Shown: positions 46,957-56,268 of the stretch, piece after piece
How positions within the stretch are numbered: the stretch's first letter is position 1
How the letters are laid out: the number at the start of each line of letters is the position of its first letter
Assembly: GCA_016933515.1 (NCBI GenBank)
Contig: JAFGAV010000049.1
Span: 338 to 64,337, forward strand
Direction of reading: 5' to 3'
From: Candidatus Aminicenantes bacterium
GTDB taxonomy: Bacteria > Acidobacteriota > Aminicenantia > Aminicenantales > JAFGAV01
DNA: 64,000 nucleotides
Translations under genes and position numbers: made by a program
The notes under the pieces: generated by a model
The model's input: only the letters and a program-made list of their open reading frames with translations
What the model was told of the DNA's origin: nothing
Databases searched by the model: none

Positions 46957-48650
46957 CGCCTCGGGGCGTTCGGCCGGGCGTAGAGAACCCCGTCGGCGAG
47001 GCGGTGGGGTTTGAGGCCTTCAGGCAGGGCCTCAACCTCCTGAAAACGGATTCCGCGCTCAGCCAGCAAAGCCCGCGTTGAGGGAAATGCCCCGGTCACG
47101 AGCAGGATGGGCCGATCGGCCCGGGCCAGGCGGTCGAGTTTTCTCCGGAGGAGAAGAGTGCGGCCCGTCTGCTGAACGGTGTTCGATCCCAGAACGAGGC
47201 CGAGGTTCATCACGGTCAGGACGAGGAGGACGGCGACTCCCCACCGGACGGCTTTCCGCCGCGGCTTGAGACGGCTCAAGAAGAAAAGGAAAATCAACGG
47301 CAAGAGCCAGGCTTGAGGCGTCAGGCGCGCCCACCAGCATTGAGGATTGACGGCGATCGTCAGCGCCACCAGCAGAACGAATCCGAGATGCGGCAGCGAG
47401 CGTCTCCCCCCCAGGAAAAATCCGACTGCGGCGAACGGCACGAGGAGCAGGACAATCCCTCCGAACAGCGGCCCGAAACCGCCGGCCCGGATCGTCGTGT
47501 TGCCGAACGACGCCACCTCGCCGGCCGTGACGGTGAAGGGAAGTTTTCTCCGAGTCGGTTCCGGATAGGGCACGTAGTCCGACCGAGACGTCAGGGAGAT
47601 AAAGAACTGTTCGAACCGGTTCTTGTCCGCCAGATTCGGGGGCGTCGACAGAAAGCGTTTCATGTCCTCCTCGCCGAAAGACCGCGGCCCGTAAGCCGGG
47701 TGGAGGGGGTGGCCGAAGTGCTTCCAGTTCGTGATGTACGGATTGTAGCCGACCGCGCCGAATCCAATGATCCCCGACAGCAGGCAGACGGCTCCGGCGG
47801 CGAGAAGACGGCGGCCCTGTCTGAGAATCAAAAAGCCGGCCAGCAATCCGCCGGAGAGGAAAAACGCGTATCCCAATCCGGGGAATTTGGTGTTGATGGT
47901 CAAGACGAGCGCCGGCCCCAGAACCGCGAGCGGCCACAGGCCTTTCTCCCTCCACAGGGCGAGGATCAGAGCGAACAGGCCCGTCAGGAGAGAGGCCATT
48001 TGGCCGTCCACATAGTAGGAGTGGAGCGTGCAGATCGTCACGGGATTGAGGGCGGCCAGAGAGGCGAAGAGAAGAGCGCTCCGGAGGCGAAGGCCGGCGA
48101 ATCCCAGCAGGGCGTAAAGGGACAGGGCGAAGGCGGAATACAGAAGCAGGATGTTGAATGCCTTTCCGGACTCGATCCGGCCGGTCGCTTTGACGAACGC
48201 CGCGGCGGTCGTTTCGGCGGACTTGGGGAAATGAACCGTCCAGGGCGAGCGGGGGAGCGGTTCATAATCGAGGCTCCGCCCGTCCGGTTCCAGGGGGCGG
48301 GCGACGGGATTCCAGCCCGTGGCCATTTGGATGAGCGTGTTTTGATGATACGCCCTTCCGTCGTAAGACGTGTCGATAAACGCTTCGGCCGCGAAAGCCG
48401 CCGCCGGGGTGAGGACGACGACCAAGCCCAGGCTCGAGGCAGCGACGGTTTTCGCGGCGGCCGGGCTCAGCTTCACGGCGCCGACGATCAGGAACGCCGC
48501 CGCCAAGACGAACCCCGAGAGGATCTGCCACCGGGAAAGAGGAACGCCCAGAGCGAAACCGATCACGGACAAGCCTAAGGTCGCGGCCGGCCAGACGATG
48601 AAAAAGGAGCCCGTAAGAAAAAGACAGGTTCGGAAGCCGTCTCTGTTCAT
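46944..48650 (-). CDS. Large polytopic membrane protein (unknown; possibly GT-C-like)
   Basis: 568 aa with more than 12 hydrophobic helices and a soluble C-terminal ~90 aa. No motif I can name. The 3' end overlaps the convergent thioredoxin 3' end by 13 nt. Confidence 0.35.
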   Translation of the reverse strand: MNRDGFRTCLFLTGSFFIVWPAATLGLSVIGFALGVPLSRWQILSGFVLAAAFLIVGAVKLSPAAAKTVAASSLGLVVVLTPAAAFAAEAFIDTSYDGRAYHQNTLIQMATGWNPVARPLEPDGRSLDYEPLPRSPWTVHFPKSAETTAAAFVKATGRIESGKAFNILLLYSAFALSLYALLGFAGLRLRSALLFASLAALNPVTICTLHSYYVDGQMASLLTGLFALILALWREKGLWPLAVLGPALVLTINTKFPGLGYAFFLSGGLLAGFLILRQGRRLLAAGAVCLLSGIIGFGAVGYNPYITNWKHFGHPLHPAYGPRSFGEEDMKRFLSTPPNLADKNRFEQFFISLTSRSDYVPYPEPTRRKLPFTVTAGEVASFGNTTIRAGGFGPLFGGIVLLLVPFAAVGFFLGGRRSLPHLGFVLLVALTIAVNPQCWWARLTPQAWLLPLIFLFFLSRLKPRRKAVRWGVAVLLVLTVMNLGLVLGSNTVQQTGRTLLLRRKLDRLARADRPILLVTGAFPSTRALLAERGIRFQEVEALPEGLKPHRLADGVLYARPNAPRRHDE

Positions 48651-48854
48651 CGGTCGGTTCGGAGGAAGCGTTCCGGGAGGTCGGTCTCGTTCGGCCGGCC
48701 GATTTTGGAGTCAACGCGGAAGGCTCGGATTTCTCCGAAGAGATCCGGCTCGGACTTTCCGGCCGCCGGGGAGAGAAGGAATTCGCTGCGCCGGACCGGA
48801 TCGAGGCGGGCGTTGCGGCCGGGAGAAATTTTGCGGACGGACAAGGATACCTTT

Positions 48855-49505
48855 TTAAAGGGACGCTGTGAGCCCGGGAAAAAACAGGGAGGCCAGGCTG
48901 AACCCGGCCAACAGGAAAAGGACGAAGGCCAACCCGTGAAGAATTTTGCCGAAAGTCGCGGGATGGAGCTGGTGATGATGGCGGTTGACATACCGCACCA
49001 GGAGGAAATACCACAGCACGCTCCCAAGCCCCACGGCCAGGGCGAATCCCCAGGCGTCGGGAGAGCTCGCCACCCAGCGGTGAGCCGTGACCAGGCCCGC
49101 CGTCGCCAGCCAGAAGCCGTAGAGGGCGGGATTGGAGACATAGAGCAGGAACACGGCCATGATGGGGCGGGCCGAAATCCTGGCCGGGCGGTTGGGCCAG
49201 CCGGATGCGGCCAACGCCCTGCCCTGAAGAATGAGCCGGATGCCGATGCCGGTCAAGAGGAGGGCGGCCACGACCTTCATGATCGTGGAATAACGCGCGA
49301 TGAGATCGACTACGCGCTTGATGCTCAAGAGAAACGCCAGACAGAAAAAAACGTCCAGTACGGCCGCCGTAAAACCGCCCATCAGTCCGTGAACGAAGTC
49401 GCGCTTCAAGGTGTTGGAGACGACATAGATGTTGATCGGCCCAAGGGGGATGGCGGCTATGAAACCGACGACGACTCCCATAGCGATCAGGGTGACGATG
49501 TGCAT
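48855..49505 (-). CDS. LysE/RhtB-family amino-acid exporter
   Basis: 216 aa, 6 TM. MHIVTLIAMGVVVGFIAAIPLGPINIYVVSNTL… is typical of the LysE family N-terminus. Confidence 0.65.
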   Translation of the reverse strand: MHIVTLIAMGVVVGFIAAIPLGPINIYVVSNTLKRDFVHGLMGGFTAAVLDVFFCLAFLLSIKRVVDLIARYSTIMKVVAALLLTGIGIRLILQGRALAASGWPNRPARISARPIMAVFLLYVSNPALYGFWLATAGLVTAHRWVASSPDAWGFALAVGLGSVLWYFLLVRYVNRHHHQLHPATFGKILHGLAFVLFLLAGFSLASLFFPGLTASL

Positions 49506-49642
49506 TTCCTAACCTGCGCGGAAACCGCCGGAGGGACGGGGAGGCGGCGCTTTCGTCTCCGGCATGGTCGGAAAAGACCCTTTTTTCAGGCCGGCCGGGA
49601 ACACGGCCGTGGGATTTTTCGGGGGGGCCAGCCGGCGCGGAA

Positions 49643-49885
49643 TCAAACCTTCGGCATGTCGGTGATTTTCTCTTCTTCTTCCTCGAGCTCCATTTCCAGG
49701 CCGAGGAGCTTGGCCGTGCCTTCCAGGACCAGTTTGTAGGTTTTTTTCTGCTCCTGGAGGGCGGCCAATTTTTCCCTCACGAGTTGCAGCTCTTTTTCGA
49801 TTTGAGCGTCCAGAGCGGCCAGCTGCTTCCGGACCTCCTGCATCGTTTTCCGATAAAGGGCTTCTTGGTCGGTGTTGAGTGCCAC
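49643..49885 (-). CDS. Small coiled-coil protein (hypothetical)
   Basis: ORF 49643..49981 would overlap the TonB-like gene. GTG at 49885 is preceded by AAGGAG with a 7-nt spacer and lies 9 nt after the TonB stop. 80 aa with heptad-like …VRKQLAALDAQIEKELQLVREKLAALQEQKK… and an acidic tail. Confidence 0.4.
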   Translation of the reverse strand: MALNTDQEALYRKTMQEVRKQLAALDAQIEKELQLVREKLAALQEQKKTYKLVLEGTAKLLGLEMELEEEEEKITDMPKV

Positions 49886-49896
49886 GGACGTTCTCC

Positions 49897-51138
49897 TTAA
49901 TCTTGGATGGCAAAAGTCATAATCACAGGAATCCAGACCTTGACATACGTGCTGTCCTTGACTGCGGGTCTGTATCGCCATTTCATGACCGCGTCCCGTG
50001 CGGCCTTTTCGAATCCGTAGGGGCCGCCGCTCGTCTTAAGCACTTCCGTCCTGACGACGGCTCCCGTTTCGTCAATCAAGGCTTTGATCGTCACCGAGCC
50101 CTCGGCCTTCATCCGGAAAGCCAGAGGCGGGTAGACGGGTTCGACCCGGCGCACCAGGACGGGGGTGGTGTCGACCACGGTGATGTCCACGAGTTGGCCC
50201 AGCGTGGTTTTCGGCGCGGCTCCCTCTCCGGCGGTCGTTCCGGAAGGCGCGGCGGTCGTGGGCTGGGTGCGCGTGGGCTTGATCTCCTGGACTTTGACCG
50301 CATTCGGATCGACCGGCACGAGGGGAGCGCTCGCGGCATCCGGGCCCAGAGACGCTTCGGCTGCCGGCCTTTTTTCCGAAGCCGGTCCGCTGGCGGCCGC
50401 TTTTTCGGCCGGAGGCGTTTTGACCTTGACCGGCGGCTCGGACGCCTCCTCGGACGCGGGGACGGTCTCGAGAATGTCCGTGGAGACCGTGGCGTCCGAC
50501 GCGGGCTCGACGGCACTGACATCCGGCTTGACGGTCGTGGCGGCTTGACGCGTATCCTTTGCCGGCTCTTTCTTCCCGCCGACAAACAATAAGATGATCG
50601 CGAGGACGGCGATCAACGCCCCACCGGCGATGATCGGCACGATGGGCTTGGCTTTTTTCTTTTCAGGCTCGGCATAGCCGCCGAGGAGAACGTCTTCTTT
50701 TTTAGGAAAATCCGGAAATTCTTCCTTTTTTTTCTCTTTTTCTTTTTCGATTTTCGGTTCGACTTTTTTCGGCGGGGACTCGGGTTTGAAGATTGAAGGC
50801 TCGTCTTTTTTGAAGGAGGGTTCCGGTTTGGCGGGGGGTTCCTTGAGCCACGATGAGGAGTCCACTTTGGCGGGCTTTTCCGGAGGCTTGATTTCGAAGG
50901 CATCCTTTCGGGCCGGCGGTTCCTTTTTTTCGGCGGGTGGGAACTTGGACGGCTCGGTCTTGCCCGCCCGATCCAGGTCGCCCAGAATCTCCTTTCTCTT
51001 TTCCGGCTCGATCCCCAGACCCGATAAAGTGCTCTTCAAAAGGTCTTCGACCGTTTTATCCACGCCCTCGCTGTCTTTGTGTTTTGGGGACCCTTCCCCT
51101 TTCAGAAGGTCTTTCTCTTTTTTTTCGTCATCACTCAT
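49897..51138 (-). CDS. TonB-family protein with a long N-terminal Lys/Glu/Pro-rich extension
   Basis: C-terminal TonB_C domain (…VEPVYPPLAFRMKAEGSVTIKALIDETGAV…AVMKWRYRPA…). The single TM (PIVPIIAGGALIAVLAIILLFVGG) is only at about residue 170. It is preceded by a highly charged KEKEKKKEE/PPEKP region. Confidence 0.75.
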   Translation of the reverse strand: MSDDEKKEKDLLKGEGSPKHKDSEGVDKTVEDLLKSTLSGLGIEPEKRKEILGDLDRAGKTEPSKFPPAEKKEPPARKDAFEIKPPEKPAKVDSSSWLKEPPAKPEPSFKKDEPSIFKPESPPKKVEPKIEKEKEKKKEEFPDFPKKEDVLLGGYAEPEKKKAKPIVPIIAGGALIAVLAIILLFVGGKKEPAKDTRQAATTVKPDVSAVEPASDATVSTDILETVPASEEASEPPVKVKTPPAEKAAASGPASEKRPAAEASLGPDAASAPLVPVDPNAVKVQEIKPTRTQPTTAAPSGTTAGEGAAPKTTLGQLVDITVVDTTPVLVRRVEPVYPPLAFRMKAEGSVTIKALIDETGAVVRTEVLKTSGGPYGFEKAARDAVMKWRYRPAVKDSTYVKVWIPVIMTFAIQD

Positions 51139-51385
51139 GTTATCCCCTGTCCCTCTCTCTAATGCCGACTCGGTTGTCCCCTTCCGCCGCGCAAAATGTC
51201 AATCTTTCGCCTCTCATTTGAACCTGCCCGTCTCTGCGGAAAAAGACTTTTCCCAAGCCACTAACATATATTTCACTTGAGGGTTCATCCGTCAATCACC
51301 CCTAAAGGTGATTTAGGGGATGAGATTCCATCCCCTTCCGGACCCGCCCGAGACGGTCTCATGCACAGGCGAGTGCCGAAAATTG

Positions 51386-52051
51386 TCAACCCTGAGTTTG
51401 TTCCTTGGCGGCTTTTTTCAGCTTTTCGTTGGCCATGATGGCGATATCCACCCGGCGGTTAAACTGGCGTCCTTCCTCCGTGTCGTTGAGCGCGATAGGC
51501 TGCATCTCGCCGTATCCGACCACGGTGAAACGGGGCGATTTGACCTCCAGCATCGCCAGGTGAGCGGATACGGATTCCGCCCGCGACTTGGACAAATTCA
51601 TATTGTATTCTTCGGAGCCCGTGGAATCGGTGTGGCCTTCGATGAGGATGTTGGTGTCCTCGTATTTGTTGAGGATGCGGGCCAGTTCCGTCAGATTTTC
51701 CTTGCTTGCCGGGCGCAGCTCGGATTTGTCCACGTCGAACAACAACCCCGATTCGAATGTGATTTTGATGCCCTCTCCGATGCGCTCAACCTTGGCGCCT
51801 TCGATGTCCTTCCTGATCTCGGCCGCCTGACGGTCCATGTAGTTCCCGATAAAGGCGCCGGCGGCCCCGCCCACGGCCGCACCGATAATGGCTCCGGCAA
51901 TGGTGTTGCCCGCCGCACGGCCGATCACGCCTCCGACCACGGCGCCCGATCCGGCTCCGATGACCGCTCCCTGTCCGGCTTTGTTCATGGAACAGCCGGT
52001 GGCGGCCAAAAGGAATGCAGCGACAAGGCCGAATGTGACGATTTTTTTCAT
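51386..52051 (-). CDS. OmpA-family lipoprotein (glycine-zipper + OmpA C-terminal peptidoglycan-binding domain)
   Basis: ORF 51386..52147, with ATG at 52051 after GGAGGAGG. Lipobox …LLAATGCS. Gly-zipper GAVIGAGSGAVVGGVIG…IGAAVGGAAGAFIG. OmpA motifs …GHTDSTGSEEYN..LS..RA…NRRVDI. Confidence 0.85.
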   Translation of the reverse strand: MKKIVTFGLVAAFLLAATGCSMNKAGQGAVIGAGSGAVVGGVIGRAAGNTIAGAIIGAAVGGAAGAFIGNYMDRQAAEIRKDIEGAKVERIGEGIKITFESGLLFDVDKSELRPASKENLTELARILNKYEDTNILIEGHTDSTGSEEYNMNLSKSRAESVSAHLAMLEVKSPRFTVVGYGEMQPIALNDTEEGRQFNRRVDIAIMANEKLKKAAKEQTQG

Positions 52052-52198
52052 CGGTTTCCCTCCTCCTTGTGATTCGTGAATCAAGTCCTCTTTAATAAAA
52101 TAAGGCAGGCGGGGACGAAAAGCAAGGCAGGAGGACGCCTGATCCAAGAAGGAAAACAGCCCCGGCGGCTTTCCCCTCCTCGGCCGGCGTTCCGTCGT

Positions 52199-53104
52199 TC
52201 AACAGTTTTGAGCGAGCGAGGACAGGAGGTTCTGAAGATCCGCCCGACAGCCCCGGGGAACGTATCGGCCGATCGCGCCCCGGACGCGGCCCGCCGGCGC
52301 CGGGGCGTAGCGCCATTCCGCCATGCGGATCTTATCGGCCTCGATCTCCAAGGCCGTCACCGTCCGAGGAATGACTCCGCTCCCGGGGTTGAGGTAGTGC
52401 GGCCGGCCGGGGGCCGGAAATACCGGGCGGTGGGTGTGGCCGGTGACGGCCGCCAGGCGCCGTTTTTCGGCCCAGGAGGCGATCGTCCGCTCGAATCGAA
52501 ACCGTCGTTTCGGATTTTGGCTGACGCTCAATCGATTCTTCAAACCGAGGGTGCTCTGCAGGGAACGCCAGAAGAAGCGGATGAACAGCCGGCTCAGGGG
52601 AAAGAGAAACGTGCTGAGAGCGTCGACTTGATGGCCGTGAAAAAGGAGCATCCTGTCTCCCAGGAGAACGCTTTCCCGGACAGTGAGATCCTCCCACAAA
52701 CCCGGGAGGCGTTTCCGTGCTTCGGCCAACTGCCTGTTTCGCCATCGGAGACTGTTCATCTGAAGATTGTGGTTGCCGACCAGATAAATCAGGCGGCCGT
52801 CCGCATGAAAGCGTTCCAGGAGACGGAAGACGCGTCCGTAGGTTCGGACGATGAGCGCCAGCCCGCCGTTTTCGATCAGCTCGTCGCCGTCGCCGATTTC
52901 GATATACGTGAACCTCCGGCGATTGTAGTATGTGAGCGCCGCCTCGAACAGGCGCCGGTTGACGCGAAAATCGTCGGCTCGATCGCCCGTTCCGCGGTGC
53001 AGGTCGCTGAACAGGACATACCGCGCTTTCGCGTCGAGAGGAAGGCGCAGTCGGGTGCGGCGCAGAAGCCGGTCGAGAGCGGACGAGGCGGAGAGCAGAA
53101 TCAT
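52199..53104 (-). CDS. Calcineurin-like metallophosphoesterase
   Basis: ORF 52199..53395, with ATG at 53104. Motifs SDLHRG, GDGDEL, GNHN, HGH and GHTH appear in canonical order. Confidence 0.75.
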   Translation of the reverse strand: MILLSASSALDRLLRRTRLRLPLDAKARYVLFSDLHRGTGDRADDFRVNRRLFEAALTYYNRRRFTYIEIGDGDELIENGGLALIVRTYGRVFRLLERFHADGRLIYLVGNHNLQMNSLRWRNRQLAEARKRLPGLWEDLTVRESVLLGDRMLLFHGHQVDALSTFLFPLSRLFIRFFWRSLQSTLGLKNRLSVSQNPKRRFRFERTIASWAEKRRLAAVTGHTHRPVFPAPGRPHYLNPGSGVIPRTVTALEIEADKIRMAEWRYAPAPAGRVRGAIGRYVPRGCRADLQNLLSSLAQNC

Positions 53105-53234
53105 CGGTCCGTGCGCTATTCTAAGAAATCGCGGGGAGGGATTCAAGGTGCGTCTCCCTTGTTTTTTCCGCGTGAATATTCTATGGTTTCTTGCGCGGCC
53201 CGAAAATCTGCTTTTTTGCTCAAGGAGGGACGAA

Positions 53235-53840
53235 ATGCTGAAAAGAATCCTTGTCCCGGCGGCCCTCTGCCTGTTTCTGGCCTCCTGTGCCTTGAGGATG
53301 TTTCCTCCGGCATTCGACCTCGGGCCGCTGCAGCGCATCGGTCTGGCGGAGTTTTCCGTCGAGAAGGCCGAAGGCCCCCTGGGGCGCATGGCCACGCAGC
53401 AGTTCCTGGAAGAAATTCTGCGCTGGCAGAGGGTGGAAGTCGTGGATCTGGGTCCTCTTGAGGAGGCTCTGGGATCCGTGGGCGCCGACCGGCCGGACCG
53501 TCTTGCCTACCAGGCCCTGGGAGACCGCTACGACGTGGCCGCCGTTTTCACGGGCCGAATCCTGATCTCGGACATCCGGCCCGAGATCGATCTCCGGAAC
53601 ATCTTGCGTCGGCTGAGCGTCCGGGCCAGGTTCAACATCTTCATTTCGGCCACGCTCGTTTCCACGGATTCCGGGGGGGTGATGTGGACGCGTTCCACCG
53701 AAAGAGAAGGGGAAGCGGCCCGGCTCGGCGTCGGTCCGAGAGGAGTCTTTGATTTCGGACTTCGCGATCAGGAAGAAAACCACCGGCGCATGCTTCAGCG
53801 GATGGTTCGCGACATCACTCGGGATTTCCGTCGCCGTTAG
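53235..53840 (+). CDS. Lipoprotein, function unknown
   Basis: ORF 52932..53840, with ATG at 53235 after AAGGAGGGA. Lipobox …LCLFLASCAL. 201 aa. Family not recognised. Confidence 0.45.
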   Translation: MLKRILVPAALCLFLASCALRMFPPAFDLGPLQRIGLAEFSVEKAEGPLGRMATQQFLEEILRWQRVEVVDLGPLEEALGSVGADRPDRLAYQALGDRYDVAAVFTGRILISDIRPEIDLRNILRRLSVRARFNIFISATLVSTDSGGVMWTRSTEREGEAARLGVGPRGVFDFGLRDQEENHRRMLQRMVRDITRDFRRR

Positions 53841-53973
53841 GTTTTCGCCCGCGCCGCCCTGTTCTCGCCCGATAGACGGTTTCGATTCCTTCCTGTTTCT
53901 CTGAAGTGCGGCGGTTGCGTGAGGGCGGCTGGACGGGACGTCTCCCTCAGGGGGCCGGATCCTTGCGGCGGCC

Positions 53974-55188
53974 TCAGTCTTTGTTCTCCTCCTCGACGGT
54001 TTCCCGAAGGCGTTCGAGAAGGCCGGGCACGGCGGAGGAGATGCGGTTCCAGTTGGGGATCAGCGGGGAATAGAGGGGGTTGTCCAGGAAATCCTGTCCG
54101 GCCATCTGCAGGGCCCGGGTGAAGGCCTCGACCGTGACCATCTCCTGATGAACGTCGAACTTCAGGCCGTTGATGGCGGCGTCGTCTCCGTGGCGGCTGA
54201 CCATGTCCTTGGCCGTGCGCAGGTAATTCGTGACCAGCGTCCTCATCGCGCTCTCACTGAGGACGATGCCTTCCACGGCCAGGTTGCGGAAAATGGACTT
54301 GGCGATGTCGATGGCCATCTTCATCAGCCCCGTCCGGGGATCGTCGGCCGAGAGGGACTGGTGCTTGTGCTCGTAGGTCTCGCACAGCTCGACTTGGCAG
54401 ATGCGCTTCAGAGAGTAATTGCGGTAGACCTCGGCCAGCGTTTCGATTTCCAGCCCCCAGTCGCTGGGGATGCGGTTGATGCGGGCCAGCTCGGTCAACA
54501 TCGAGAACTCTCCGGCCAGGGGATATCGGAAACTGTCCAGATACACAAGGAAGGGGAGATGGCCGAGCAGCCGGATCAGACTTCTGATGACCGGCGTGAC
54601 GAACAGCCGAGTGACGCGGCCGTGCATCCGGTCGGTGACCCGGGCGTAGTACCCCTTGCAGAAGGAATGATCCATGGCCGGCGAGGCGACGGGATAGCAC
54701 AGCCTGGCCAGGAGCTCGCGCGAATGGTTGACGATGTCGCAGTCATGAAGAGCGACGACTCGGCTTTCATCCCGGGCGAGGATGTAGCCGTAGGCCGTCC
54801 AGGCCGAACGGCCTTTGCCGTCTCCTCCGGCTGACAGCCCGTGTTCCTCGAGGCTTCGATACAGGGCGTTGAACGACGGCCCCGAGGCCCAGATGATGCG
54901 GTGGCGCTGGGGGAGGGCGGAGAAAAAGGCTTTGGCTCGGCGGAAATGGGATTCCTCGGAGGTCCGGCCCAGCGTGATGACGATCTCATTGAGATAGCGC
55001 ACCTCCTTGAGGTTTTTCATGATGACCGCGATGGCCGGCGAGTCCATCTCCGTGGGGGTGATGGGCAGCACGAGGGCGATGGGATTGTGACGGTTGAAAC
55101 CGGCAAGCTCCTTCTCGATCCTCTCCACGTCGGTCGGGCCGAAACGGTGGAAAGTGGTGATGACTCCGCTCTGGTGCAGGTCGGCCAT
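53974..55188 (-). CDS. Glucosyl-/mannosyl-3-phosphoglycerate synthase-like retaining glycosyltransferase (GpgS/MpgS family)
   Basis: 404 aa. …IALVLPITP…, …GDGKGRSAWTAYGYI…, …VALHDCDI…, …HGRVTRLFVTPVIRSL…, …YPLAGEFSMLTELARINRIPSDWGLEIETLAEVY…, …QVELCETYEHKHQ… This parallels the conserved blocks of GpgS/MpgS enzymes. I cannot decide the donor sugar from sequence. Confidence 0.65.
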   Translation of the reverse strand: MADLHQSGVITTFHRFGPTDVERIEKELAGFNRHNPIALVLPITPTEMDSPAIAVIMKNLKEVRYLNEIVITLGRTSEESHFRRAKAFFSALPQRHRIIWASGPSFNALYRSLEEHGLSAGGDGKGRSAWTAYGYILARDESRVVALHDCDIVNHSRELLARLCYPVASPAMDHSFCKGYYARVTDRMHGRVTRLFVTPVIRSLIRLLGHLPFLVYLDSFRYPLAGEFSMLTELARINRIPSDWGLEIETLAEVYRNYSLKRICQVELCETYEHKHQSLSADDPRTGLMKMAIDIAKSIFRNLAVEGIVLSESAMRTLVTNYLRTAKDMVSRHGDDAAINGLKFDVHQEMVTVEAFTRALQMAGQDFLDNPLYSPLIPNWNRISSAVPGLLERLRETVEEENKD

Positions 55189-55212
55189 GAAGCCCTCCTT
55201 TGCGGCGAGATT

Positions 55213-56049
55213 TCAGTCCCGGCCCGAAGCCTCCGGCCCGATGAGATGAAAAACGGCCTCCCTCCAGCCGGCCGGCCCGGGGCCGGGCGCGAGGATGAGT
55301 CCGGGGAGATCGATCCCGGGCTCAAAAGCGCCGTCGGGCGCCGGCAGAAGGACCGGAATGTCCGATTCCCGGAGGAGAGGAAAATCGTTCGGGCCGTCGC
55401 CCAGGCCGATGACGCGAACCGGCCCTTGATCCCTGACGAACATTTCCTTCAACCGTCGGACGGCCAGGCCCTTGTCGTGTGGGCCGAGGAGATGATGAAA
55501 ACGGCCGCCCGAGACGATCCGCCATCCCGAGGCCTCGGCTTTTTGCTTCAGGAGGGAGAGGGCCGCGTCGTCGTCGGCGAGGATGGGCTCGTCGAACTCC
55601 CGCTGCCGGGCGAGCCGGGCCCGTTCCACGGAGAAGCCGCACAGCCGCGCCACCTCCTCGTCGGACATGTCCCCGAAACCCCGCACCCGGTCCGGCCGTT
55701 CCGCCTGAAATTCGGACAGAAACGCCCTGAGAGCGGCGTAAGGGACTCCGAGTTCCAGAACCTCGTACCCCTCCCTGTCGACGGCATGGGGAATGTCGAA
55801 GGAAAATGTGCCGTGGGGGACATAGACAGCCCCGCCGTTTTCGCTGATAAAGGGATGCCGGTTTCGCAAGGACCGGCGCAGGGGTTCGATTTCCGCCCGG
55901 GTCTTGCTGCTGCAGATGATGAGAGGGATGCGCCTCTTCTCCAGCGCCCGGAGGGCGGGCCGGGCTTCGTCGAAGGAATACGTGACGGCGTCGAGCAGAG
56001 TCCCGTCCAGGTCGGTGAAAACGAGAAGGGTCTTTGCCGCCGTTCGCAT
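55213..56049 (-). CDS. Mannosyl-/glucosyl-3-phosphoglycerate phosphatase (HAD-IIB, MpgP/YedP family)
   Basis: …LLVFTDLDGTLLD… (motif I), …LIICSSKTRAE… (motif II) and …GLGDGPNDFPLL… (motif IV). Overall collinear with the YedP/MpgP family. It lies 24 nt upstream of the synthase gene. Confidence 0.8.
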   Translation of the reverse strand: MRTAAKTLLVFTDLDGTLLDAVTYSFDEARPALRALEKRRIPLIICSSKTRAEIEPLRRSLRNRHPFISENGGAVYVPHGTFSFDIPHAVDREGYEVLELGVPYAALRAFLSEFQAERPDRVRGFGDMSDEEVARLCGFSVERARLARQREFDEPILADDDAALSLLKQKAEASGWRIVSGGRFHHLLGPHDKGLAVRRLKEMFVRDQGPVRVIGLGDGPNDFPLLRESDIPVLLPAPDGAFEPGIDLPGLILAPGPGPAGWREAVFHLIGPEASGRD

Positions 56050-56143
56050 TCAACGAAGTCCGTTTCCCCTCGGCCGTCGTCCGCCCGCTCCTCCCCACGA
56101 CGCCGCGGCGTCGCTCTTGGGAACCGGGCGCTTGCGCGTCTGT

Positions 56144-56171
56144 TTGAAAAACCAAACGCTGGCATTATAAT
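56144..56171 (+). promoter_or_regulatory. Candidate promoter for the GT2 gene
   Basis: TTGAAA(56144-56149), 16 nt, TATAAT(56166-56171). About 95 nt upstream of the ATG at 56269. Confidence 0.5.
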
Positions 56172-56195
56172 AATTTCTTCCTGCGGACTTGTCAA
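56167..56195 (-). promoter_or_regulatory. Candidate promoter for the phosphatase-synthase operon, sharing its -10 with the plus-strand promoter
   Basis: On the minus strand: TTGACA(56195-56190), 17 nt, TATTAT(56172-56167). The -10 hexamers of both strands fall in the same ATTATAATAAT core. Confidence 0.5.
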
Positions 56196-56268
56196 AGTCC
56201 CGGATCTGAGGTTCCGGCCGCCGGGCGGCATCCGGCCCCCGGAAACGTTGCGAAGGGAGTTGTTCGCT

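Noticed and set aside
51290-51320. Mutually exclusive hairpins (ATCACC/GGTGAT versus CCCCTAAA/TTTAGGGG) between the OmpA-like and TonB-like genes, with an adjacent TTGACG. Possibly a terminator/promoter switch.
   Set aside because: No U-tract follows the hairpin on the minus strand, and the best -10 candidates (AAATAT/AATATA) are weak. The evidence is insufficient to call a regulatory element.
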